A DNA stretch of 64,000 bases from NCBI RefSeq assembly GCF_030028105.1, contig NC_092379.1, positions 18,949,309 through 19,013,308 of the forward strand, in the 5' to 3' direction. Of the stretch, positions 49,435 through 60,039 are shown one piece after another. A program made the translations under genes and the position numbers. Position 1 is the first letter of the stretch. Every line of letters starts with the position of its first letter. The notes beneath the pieces were generated by a model that saw nothing but the letters and a program-made list of their open reading frames with translations, was not told where the DNA came from and did not search any database. The DNA comes from Mobula birostris. Lineage: Eukaryota.

Positions 49435-51755
49435 CTGAAGAAAGAGCAGATGGTTCCACATGGTTCCAGTCTAACTGGGCCGGATCATCCAACAAGGTAT
49501 GATGTGTATTTCTTAACCTTTCTGATTTCAGTAATATTATGAGCAAGTTTCTTTTAAAACAGAAAGTCCGTGGGTGTAGTCTAGATGATCATTGTTGTCA
49601 TGTAATATCACAAATATGCAAATCTAGGTGTACACTGAAGGGTCACTGAATTGTGAATCTCAGTTTAATCAGCACTGTGATGTTGTTAAACATGTTTTCT
49701 GCAGGTTTCCCAGTATGTCCGATATCAGCACGGTCTTGATGTTCATCAGTCTCTGGGAAATGCGATCCCCTCATAAAACCTGACAGAGTCAGGATTGCTC
49801 TGCTTATTGCTGAATGCTGGTGTAATTCCACAAGAAGCATATAATTCCCTCAGTGCTTGGGCAATTTGAACAAAACATTCTCCTTTCTAACATTCCTTGC
49901 AGTCACTGAGTTTCCCTTTTGGACTGAATTCAGTGTCCGGCACATGGATCAATGTAACTTTAGCAACTTGTCTGGTCCAGGATTTACACACAAAGCATGT
50001 CAGATTGGACAGGAGATTGGTTAGACCCCTGTGTCTTGTCTCACCAACTTGTCTTGTGCCCAATGTTATCAAAAGGTCATCCATCCTTTGGCTGAGTCAA
50101 TTTGGAATTTCAAACCTGTTCACCTTCATCACCTCGTGCCTCACAGCCATTGGGTGAAAAACAGGTTCCAGTTCTTGCTGACTGGAGTCAGACAGGAGGG
50201 AATCTGGCCAAGGAAACTGGAATTGGGATCTGAGTCACAGTGGAGCAACAATGTACACAAATGAATGAGTGTATGGACAACCAGAAACACAAGAGATTCT
50301 ACGGATGCTGGAAATCTTGAACAACACACACAAAGTGCTGGAGGAACCTGGCAAGTCAGGCAGCATCTGTGGGGGGAAAAAACAGCCAATCTTTTGTGGC
50401 AAGTGGTTTCACCGGTACTGAAAGGAAGTGGGCAGAAGCCAGAATAAGAAGGTGGGTGGAGTAGAGAGGAATACATTCTGTCAGATGAGAGGTGAGACCA
50501 GGTGAGGGGGAAAGTGTGTGGATGGTGGAGGGGTATGAATTAAGAAGCTGGTCGGGGATAAGTGAAAGAGATAAATGGCTGAAGCAGAAGGAATCTGACA
50601 GGACAGTGGACCATGGAGGAAAGTGCAGGAGCAGGGGAACCAAATGGAGATGATGGGCAGGTGAGGAGAAGTGAAGGAATGAGGGTGTATCTAGTATGGG
50701 AATTAGAAAAAATGGGAGAATAAAGGAGCGGGGTGGAAACTGCTGGAAGTTGCAGAAATAAGTATTCATGCCATCAGGTTGGCAGGTATCTGGATGGAAT
50801 ATGAGGTCCTGACTTTGGCCTCACCCTGGCAGTAGAGAAGGAAATGGACAGACATATCAGAATGGGAATGGGAAGTCAAATTGAAATGTGGAGAGGAGAG
50901 ATAGTCATTTTAAATAACATATTTTCATCACTGTCTGTTAAACCTGTATCCCAATGGATACCAGAGACAGGTCAAGAATCCAGTAAATGGGTTGTAAAAG
51001 AATTCATTGATGAATTGTATTCTTTATTTCACACTTTCCTGCTGAACAATGATACTGTTGGGTAGAACCATCGGAAAATGTTGCATTGAGATTACTCTGG
51101 TAAAAGAACATTGGCACAGGCTCCAAAAAACAGCTGAGACAGCTTCCACCTGGAAATGGAAGATTCATAGATCTGTACATAACATCCTATTGGGATGGGG
51201 TTGTGTCAGCCATGATAAATGCATGTTGTCCCTGAACCTGGCTGAGGATCTGAGGACACAAGGTCACAACATTCACTCGAGGATTGGGCATTAATTCAAA
51301 AATAATCAAGGTACCTACATTTCAGTGAGTGGACAATCGACAAGAGAGTCTGTCAGGAAACACTGGAAACAGACTCTGGAGACTGAAGCAAATACAAAAT
51401 ATGCAGAGATATTTTTTGAGGAACTAACACTAGGCAGACAGTGAAAAGGGAACAGGGAGATTTTCTCCAGATGGTAAAGCATGGGATGTGAGCTTTGCAC
51501 AGTAACTTATTTTCATTATAACTACAAACAAAGACAACTAAAATTATTGAGACAGAATGGTCAGGTGACCTGATCTTACACCTTTCCTGCTCAGTAGATG
51601 GGGTTAAAGCTGCTGGTGATATGAGTTGATTCAAAGTGCAAAGATCAGCTGTACGTCACTCAACAAGATTGACAGTAGGGACAGGAATTTGTGGGAGATT
51701 CAGTTAATTAGTTTAGTACTGTAAGATAATAAATTTTTCTTCAGCCATCACTCAC

Positions 51756-52055
51756 CCTCTTGATACATCATGTTGACCTGACCACTGAAACCGGAAGGTG
51801 TGTGATTCACTTCACAAGTATATTTCAGTTTCTTGGTCCATTCCTGCACAGGCACTGTCAGGTAAGCGATTGTTTCAAATGTACCACCAGATCTCGGAGT
51901 GGAAGGGAGAATGATGCCTTTTTGGGCAGATCCAGCTTTTTTCCAGGATACTTTAATGTTGTCAGGAGAGAATCCAGATATCACACAGCCCAGGACAGCA
52001 TTTGCTTGACTGTGGATTGCCTCCCGGGATGGAACAATGGAGCTGAGCTTCGGAG
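51756..52055 (-). CDS. IgW: IgW CH2 exon
   Basis: 300 nt, TTACAG|CT...GAGG|GTGAGT; PPKLSSIVPSREAIHSQANAVLGCVISGFSPDNIKVSW...YTCEVNH. Confidence 0.95.
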
Positions 52056-52920
52056 CTGTAACACATTTAATATCTGTCAGTACATGATTGTTTTGCCCAA
52101 GTTTTGGACTTCATTCCCCCTCATCCCGGGCAAGTTCCCCAATTCCAGCCCTCTCAAGAATGTTGTTAATTTACAGCTGATCTGATGATCTGACAGCTCA
52201 CACCAGTGAGTGGGAGGGCTGGGTGTATAACTTGGGCCTCCCAGCATTGTGTCCCACTGTGCTATGATAATGCGGAGAGGTGGGTCATGGGGTTGAGGTG
52301 CAGACCTGCCATGATCTAATTGTTTAATGGAGAATGACTGATACCAGCTCCTGTGAGCAGGAGTACATGGTGTGGGACTGTTTCCACTGACAAGTTTGGG
52401 AAACACAATTTTACTTTCAATGAGAAAGAAGAACAGATGGACAGGAAGAAATTATTTTGTTGTAACGGCAAAGGCTTGTTCAGATCTGTGAGAAAGTTGT
52501 TAAACAAGGGCAGTAGAGTGGATTCCTTCATCACATTCACAAGGGATTGTTTTTACCAGAAGAGGGGGAAGCTGCAGGAGGAGTGGGGTAGTAAAGTTTA
52601 AATTGTTGTTCTGTGTGCAGGGGCATGATGGGCCAGCGGTCTCTGTATGTGTACAGGAGCTGATCTATAGGGAGGGTTTAGTGGGAGGGGGTGGTGGAGA
52701 GGCTCCTGAAATTAGACAGTGGAGCGGATACAATGGAGGCAGATCCTGATACTGAGTTTCACTGCCCATATTGACTTTTATACATTTTCTCACTGCTGTT
52801 GTAAGAGCAGAATAAAGGAGTTAGTTGCCATGCTCCTGCATTATCTGACAAAGCTTCCTACTCCAGATTTATGCTCTGACATCAGTGCAGCTTTCGATAT
52901 AAATTAGTTCTGATACTAAC

Positions 52921-53220
52921 GTTGAGGTTGAGGTTTCTGCCACTGCGATGTCACACTCCCTGCCTTGCAGGAGTAGACTTTATTCTTCTTCCAGTCTGCC
53001 GCAGAGATTTCGAGCAAGCTGCTCATCGTGTACTTTGAATTTTTCCCCAACACTGCTGGGTATTTCTTGATTCCAGTGGTGATGACCCCACTGTTAGTGG
53101 ACCATGTCTGACTGATGCTCTCAGGCTGATAGTCCTTGACCAGACAGAGGAGGCTGATCTTTTGGTCAGATTCTGTGTTGCAGGAAGGAGTGATGTAGAC
53201 TGATGGTGCGGACTTGACCT
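52921..53220 (-). CDS. IgW: IgW CH1 exon
   Basis: 300 nt, TTTCAG|AG...CAAC|GTTAGT; [40 protein letters not shown]...VYSCKAG, with a probable light-chain-linking Cys. This frame is missed by the ORF track. Confidence 0.93.
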
Positions 53221-56200
53221 CTGAAATGGAAAGAAATTCACAGATGGTTCTCTGAATAAATGCATTACTGGTAGAGAAAGGAGATGTTATATAAAGCAGT
53301 AATTTTCAAAATTATTCACCCGATTGTACAAAGCCGATATCACTTTTAACACTCAGCTGTGAGTCTGTGTCGCTGAGGTAGGAGGGTGTGGATCAATCCC
53401 ACAGTGGCAACTTGGACTCACAATCCAGGCCAACACTTCAGTGCAGGACTGAGGCAGTGACCCAATGTCCGATTGGTCGGATTTCAGTCAAAATACCAAA
53501 GTGACAATCTGTCTCTCATCCAAATACAATTCCTGATTCTGAGAAGTCTGTTAGCACTTGATCAATGAAGTTTACAAAAAAAGTAAGATTTAGAAGTATC
53601 TTATGGAATAATTCTGATGTGCTCAGTGTTGCTGTTGATGAGAGGAGTGATTGGTGTGGATATAGTGGTACCCAGTCTCCAGCACCATGTGTGCAATATA
53701 GTGGAGGTTGGGAAATGGACTCTGCTTCCGAAATTCAACTCAACAGACTACATGATGCAGCTGACGCTGCCTCACATATTTACCGTGTGTGACTGAGCAA
53801 GAATTACAACCCCACTGAGTCTGTGGAAACTTCTGGCTAACCGGGAGACAATGGTAACTTGCATCAGAAAGGACAGAGGAACTGTGGAAATACATTAGCC
53901 CAGACTCTGTGGAGAAGTGTTGGCCAACACAACCGACAGTGACTATGAGATTCCTGGGCAGATGCAGAAATCTCAAAATGTCATTAGATGTAGGTGATAT
54001 TCTCAGTGAAAAACCAGCCCAGAGAGTCCAGTGAGGAAATGCAGGTTGTGGCAATTCCCAAACACTTAACATGCAAAATACACTTGAAAGCACTGGTTCC
54101 TAATTCATTTCACTAGAAAAGGAGAAGTGTTGACTTACCACGGTAAGTAAAAGTGTGAAGATCAATTAACTAATTGACTAATTGACAGCTTTGAGAGGTG
54201 GATATGTTGAGGGGATGTGGTTTGACCAGTTGTCAGAATTACCTTGAACAGTGTTGTGTCATGATTGACACTGTCAATGACAGATTGTTACTGGTGGATG
54301 AGGTTAAAATCACCCAAAAAGACTGTGTGGACACAGCAGAACATGCAGGAACTCTGGGAGTAGGAGACTAGTGGGAGAGTATGTGTCAGACAGTGTGAAT
54401 TGCAGTAGATGAGGGCTTTGTTATCCAACAGTAAGATGGTCAACAGACACACACACAGGTTTCAGATTGATTCTGGTATCCGCAGGGCAGCAAACTCAAC
54501 ATTTGGAGTGGAAGTGGAGTGGTGGGAAGGTCACAATTTCAATCAGGAGCAAAATAATGAAATTTTCACCTCACAGTCATCACTCTGGGATGAAGGGCAT
54601 AAAATATTGAAATCTGGGTTTCAAACAGAATAAATATAAATCAATAAATATAACAAGTAAATAGGAATCGATATAATGTAACTGGTCAGTAATAACAGCT
54701 GCATTGTTTCGAACCATTTCCAGGTGACACTGGGGACTGTGAACTCAGAACATTTGCCTTCCTGAGCAAACACAGGTGATTCAGGTTGACAGGACAGGCA
54801 GAGCAGAGAAATGGTCCCTTTCTCATTCCTTTCAGACTGAGCCTGAAACAACCAGTGAAATGCTGACAACAGAATCCCCATCGAGGACACAACTTCTGTC
54901 AAACAGTGGGGCAAGCTGACCTGAACTGTGGGTGAAGTGTCACAGGAGAGAAAGCACAGGGCACGGTGCCAACTGGCCCATGTCCACACAGACCGGGCTG
55001 AATGGTGCTGGTTCAAACCCGCTGGGACTCTCCCCACACTCCTACACAGGGAAAGCTGCAACCTTACTGGGCCTCTGGATTCTGAAGACTTGGGGTGAGA
55101 TGTATCGAGGCCTCAGCATCAAGTAGCCTCAGACACAAAGTAAACCTGGGGTGGAGGCTGTCTTGTGTCAAAGCTGTCATGTAATTAACAGGTTTTAAAC
55201 GTCTTGGAGACATTGAGGTAAATTTCTGTAGAACAGATAATTTCTTTTGTTTAAAATAATAAATCTATATGACATTTAAAGCACAGAAATAACTCGTAAC
55301 TAATTACTTTCCCGACACACCCAGCTGAGAATCCTCAGTTATTTGAATGGGAGCTGTGATCTTTGCCAGGTCCGGCCTGTGAGGGAATTGTTGAGGTGGA
55401 TTTCCCAGTGTTACCCTGGGGAGTCCAACAGGGTCTAGTACCATGTGTTAGAGTGTGGTAACAGCTCTGGAGGTATCCATCACTCAGTAAATCCTGGGGT
55501 ACAGTGGTCTGTGGAACTGTGAGACTGACTCCAGGGTACGTGGCTGAACACTGGTGTTTCCCTTTGGAATTGCCAGCCACAGCCAGCACCATTTCACCCA
55601 CACTATCCTCAGCCTCCCAGGTACACAGCAGCTCAGGAACGGGCTGGTCAGCTGAGGTCTGAGGACCCTCATTGCTCTTTATCGACGTTAATCCCTGAAA
55701 ACAACGGAATTGCTAGATCAAAGACCTGGGACCATTTGGACGACCTACAACCAAATAGTGTCTGTCTATTCATCAACTGCACAATCAGGATTCAGATGAG
55801 GAGTTCCCAGTGGTGGGGAGCTTTAGGAATTGTAGGCTAAAAGTGACCATTCCCTTCCAACATCAACCAGACTAGATTGTCATGTTGTAGTTCAGTTTGT
55901 GGGAACAAGATGCAGACAAGTTGGATGTTTAGTCCCGCATATGAAGTGACACACTGCAGAAGTACTTGCTGGGTTCAGAAAGGCTCTGGGATGTTCTGGG
56001 GTTACAGAAGTCAAAGAAAAACACTTGTTTTCATCAAATTAAATTCAGTAAAATAAAACCTGAAACAGCGTAGTTGCCAGAAATCAGACTGACAGGGTCT
56101 GGTGAAAGGTCACTGATGTGAAACATTAACTCTGTTTCTCACCCACAGATGTTCCCTGAGCTGCTCAGTGTCGGCAGTGCAGGAGGCACAATAATGTCAG

Positions 56201-56317
56201 TCGGTGAGATTTGCAGCTGAGGATCTTTTACATCCCAGGACCAGCAGGTGTTAAGTACAGTTCTGTCTGGATCAGTGTACCTCTGGGTCTTCATAAAAAC
56301 ACCCATCAAACTGACAG

Positions 56318-56524
56318 CAGGGTGCTGGGGTGAAGAGGGTAACTGGATCTGGGCGGGTCACAGGGTGCTGGGGTGAAGAGGGGAACTGGATCTGGGTGGG
56401 TCACAGGGTGCTGGGGTGAAAAGGGGAACTGGATCTGGGTGGGTCACAGGGTGCTGGGGTGAAGAGGGGAACTGGATCTGTGTGGGTCACAGGGTGCTGG
56501 GGTGAAGAGAGGAACTGGATCTGG
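56318..56524 (+). repeat. 43-bp G-rich tandem repeat (about 4.8 copies) in the J-CH1 intron
   Basis: Unit CAGGGTGCTGGGGTGAAGAGGGGAACTGGATCTGGGTGGGTCA starting at 56318, 56361, 56404, 56447 and 56490. Confidence 0.95.
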
Positions 56525-58787
56525 CTGGATCAGCTCTGAAGAAATTTGCAATGAAATGACACGGGTATTTGTATAAAATGATTGATGTTGAATCAGTAGA
56601 TTGGGGGATACTCGGTCTGATTTTAGTCTGTATTGTAGTAAGTGGATACAACATCGGGTAGTATGAACAACAGATGGGCAATTTTATTCATTCTTCTTTT
56701 GGGTCTGGGCTTTGCTGGTAAAGTCTGAATGAATTACACGTCTGAGCTCCTATCCAGAGGCATTTGGAGACAAACACATTGATGGGTCAGGAGTCAAATA
56801 GGCTCAAAGTGTAAGGATGAGAGATCTCCTTCCCTGAGGGACATCAGTAAAACTGAAGGGTCATCATTACTAATGACTGGATTTAAAAACAATACCAATT
56901 ATTAAAATGTTGGAAATCTCACCACAGATCCAAATCTGTTGCAGATTATTATGAATTGAGTTTAAATTTTTCGGTTTTGTTGTGGTGGTATCCGTGGACT
57001 GTTCATCCATCCCTCTGCACTACTCATCTGCTTTGATGTACTGCCCTGTTTCCCATCACTCCGAATCCAACCTTGTGCCTGTCCATTGGATCACTGTGTC
57101 CACAGTGTCCTGGACAATATTTCTCCTTCAATGACATCACCAGAACAGACTGTCTGATGGTTCTCACCTTGCAGTTTGTGGATTCTGCTGTGTGCAGAGT
57201 GGCTCCACATTCCTGACTCTACAACAGGACTGTATTTTGAAACTACTTCATTGCCTGTGAAGAGCTCGGGGACACCATGAAAGCTGCTCTGTAAATGTCA
57301 GCACTTTATCTCACAACCACTTTTACTGAATCACCAGCAACACTGGTTAATGTAGGAAAGCACTTGTTAAACAAACCCAGTCGGAGGATGGAGGAGGACA
57401 AGAAATTAGATGAGTTGCTCTGTCTGTGAACTGAGAATAAGCAGTTCATTTGAACAGTAAAGTTCAACTCGTGTCCCGTGAGTGTGTGATGGGACAGGTT
57501 GGGGGAAGCTTCACTCTGTGTCTAACCTCCGCTGCCCCTGCCCTGGGAGGGATGGAACAGTGCAGAAGGATATTTGTGTCTAATCCATGGCTGCCAGCAC
57601 ACGACATGGGATCTGTAATCTGCATCTAACTCATGCTCTGTGTACTCTGGGGTGCTTGATGGAATCCCTTTGAGGAAAAAATTCCCAGATTTACAAGATA
57701 AATACTGAATCCATTGAATGACAGAGCAGAGAGTGAGGCCATTCATCCGATAGTGTCTGTGCTTCCCTTTAGCTGAGCAAACCCAATAAACCCATTGGTC
57801 TCTCTGCTCTTCCCTGTATCCTGACAAAAGGCGGATCTCCTCCTGTTCCCTCTCTACACTCACTATTGGCCACCACCATCATTCAGGCAGTGTGTTCCAG
57901 ATCACAAACGTTCATCAACAAACCTTCCCTTAAATGCTCCCCTATTACACATTATTGACTTGAACGCTTCCCTCCCCACCCCACCTGCACCACTCCCCAC
58001 TCCCCCACCCACCAATGCAAGGCTGCCCGGAATGTGTGAAGGAATTGTGATTTCAATTCCCTGCCTTACCTTTCCTGCACCAATTCCTCACTGCCTTCCC
58101 AACTCCAAAATTCTTCCCCTCCTCATCCATCAGGGAATAAAACTGAAACATTAATCCCATCAATTAATCCTGGGTTATCGCCGATACTTTTGCTGTATCC
58201 CAGGACGGACCTCACGCCGGACCTCACGCCGGACATTACATGATGGGACTGACACCCACCTGTACCCTGGGGATATTGAGCCATCAACCAGATCATACAT
58301 GTGTACACCATTCCCTCAGATTATGTCTGAATCCCATTACCTTCAACATGAAAGCAGCCGACAGTAAAACCCAATCCCAATAACTTGACACTGAACAGAT
58401 CCATTGTTGTCACTGACAGGGAACAAGTTCAACTGCACTGAAACGCTCAGCCCCTGAACGTGGCTTCAGTCGGTGCTGAGGATCAGAAGCCAGACTTGAA
58501 CCAAACACTGAGCTCACTCAGCACAATCGGCCGGTGTCAAGGCACAGTCTGGTGACAAGATCCGACCCCATTCCCCTGAGCCTGTTCCCGGTCTGTGGAC
58601 AGTTCACTGGTGGGTGGGGTATGTACCCTTGTACTGTTACTGGGCTCTAGAGAAACCCGCCGGTTCGGGGAGATTCATGTACTTGCTCTAAATATCTCAC
58701 TGATTTCAGATGAATCATCGAATTCGCCAAAACCGTAAATAAATAAAATACTAGCGCGTGAAGATACGATTGAGAAGTTGGTCTTAC

Positions 58788-58835
58788 CTGAAGTCACTGT
58801 CAGCGAGGTTCCTCCGCCCCAGTAGGCAAGATAGT
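58788..58835 (-). CDS. IgW: JH segment
   Basis: YLAYWGGGTSLTVTS with donor CAG|GTAAGA. Confidence 0.95.
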
Positions 58836-58874
58836 CACAGTGCTCCGTCTCCCCATTCACCCAGTGCAGTAATT
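58836..58874 (+). promoter_or_regulatory. JH recombination signal sequence (23-bp spacer)
   Basis: Perfect CACAGTG abutting J, a 23-nt spacer, then a degenerate nonamer GCAGTAATT (4/9 match). Confidence 0.75.
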
Positions 58875-59207
58875 TCACTTGCCCGTCACATCCAATAATC
58901 TCAGCAAAATGTCAACATGATCCCTGTCCGGACCGGGAGCAGCCGCTTCCTGGATTTCCATCCCAAACTCCGTCCTTGCCTCTTGTTGGTGTGTGAATAA
59001 AGGCATTTTTTACAATTTTCCCGTCAGTGGACGACGGCTCCCGCCATCTCCCGGAATCAGAGTCGAATCCTTTTGGGCTTTTAATTGTCCAGAAATGGGC
59101 ATTTGCGCCCAGCAGTCCGAGTGAGGCTTCAGGGATTTGACTCTGGGAAGCAGCAATGCGGAATCCGTGGAGACAGACTGCGCGCCAGACGCTCCTTTGT
59201 CGGGACC

Positions 59208-59235
59208 AGTTTCTGTTCAGCTCCCCATCAGCGTG
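59208..59235 (-). promoter_or_regulatory. 12-bp-spacer RSS 3' of the V(D) unit
   Basis: CACGCTG + ATGGGGAGCTGA (12 nt) + ACAGAAACT (7/9 match to ACAAAAACC). Confidence 0.8.
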
Positions 59236-59539
59236 GTCCCATGTCTCGCACAGTAATAGGTGGCCGTGTCGTCCAGTCTCAGGTTGTTCATTTGCAGATA
59301 GACGGTGCTGCTGCCCTTGAAAACTTCGAATCGGCTCTGGACTCCAGTCGCGTAGTTTTTGCTACCACCACCCCATACAACGGCCAGCCACTCCAGCCCT
59401 TTCCCGGAGACCTGTTTCACCCAGTGGATGCCATAGCTGCTCATATCGAACCCACTGACCGCACAGGTCAGTCTGTGGGACTGTCCGGGCTTTACCACCG
59501 CTGACTCGGGCTGTGTCAGCACGACGGCGGACCGCACGC
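59236..59539 (-). CDS. IgW: VH exon with fused D-like remnant
   Basis: TTTTTTATTGACAG|GC; VVLTQPES...LTCAVSGF...HWVKQVSGKGLEWLA...DTATYYCAR followed by CATGGGAC. Intact conventional VH with C, W and YYC hallmarks. Confidence 0.95.
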
Positions 59540-59647
59540 CTGTCAATAAAAAAGAGCAGAAATTAATAAAATGTTCCACCGTCAGGGGTTCACAAAGCCT
59601 CCGAGAACAGCCGGTCCAGGTTGGGCGACAAACCGCGGGACACCCAC

Positions 59648-59693
59648 CTGCCAGACAAGACAGGAGGAGACAGAGATAAGGAACGACCCCCAT
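59648..59693 (-). CDS. IgW: VH leader exon
   Basis: MGVVPYLCLLLSCLA(G), donor GCAG|GTGGGT, 108-nt intron. Confidence 0.93.
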
Positions 59694-60039
59694 CGCCCTG
59701 AACACTGAGCCGGACTTGGACACTTTTGAGATCGGCAGCTTCAGCTCAGGCCGGCTTTGTCCGGAGCCGCAGTGAGCGCTGTTTGATAGGGACGTGGGCT
59801 GTGAGTGAGAGAGGGAGACGCGGTTTGAACAGGCTCTCACACACTGAAAGCAGAGGCGCAGCTTCCTGTCCCCACCCACAGCAGCGATTTCAATTCCCCT
59901 AAAAATGTTTGTCCCTGCAATAGGCGGCAGGTCAGCGGCGGTGACCAGATCCGGATTAAAGATCTGTCACACTCTGCTCGATTCATCAATTTCAGCGATG
60001 AACAGTTTGTGTAAACTGAAACACACAGAATCCCAGCGA

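Noticed and set aside
49616-49623. Octamer ATGCAAAT in the CH2-CH3 intron as an enhancer
   Set aside because: Isolated 8-mer that is not conserved in the duplicate (ATGCAAAC near 35496).
56318-56524. CRISPR-like array
   Set aside because: Head-to-tail units with no unique spacers, in vertebrate DNA.
58875-59207. Separate D segments between V and J
   Set aside because: No CACAGTG/CACTGTG-like heptamer pair was found by eye.
30137-59693. IgNAR or IgM assignment
   Set aside because: The V is a conventional VH (WVKQ...LEW, WGGG J) and CH1 has a light-chain Cys, which excludes IgNAR. The CH3-CH6 domains are IgNAR C2-C5-like, which excludes IgM.
59217-59879. 220-aa ORF suggesting an intronless V gene
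   Set aside because: It reads through a 108-nt intron with canonical GT/AG sites; the leader ATG is at 59693.
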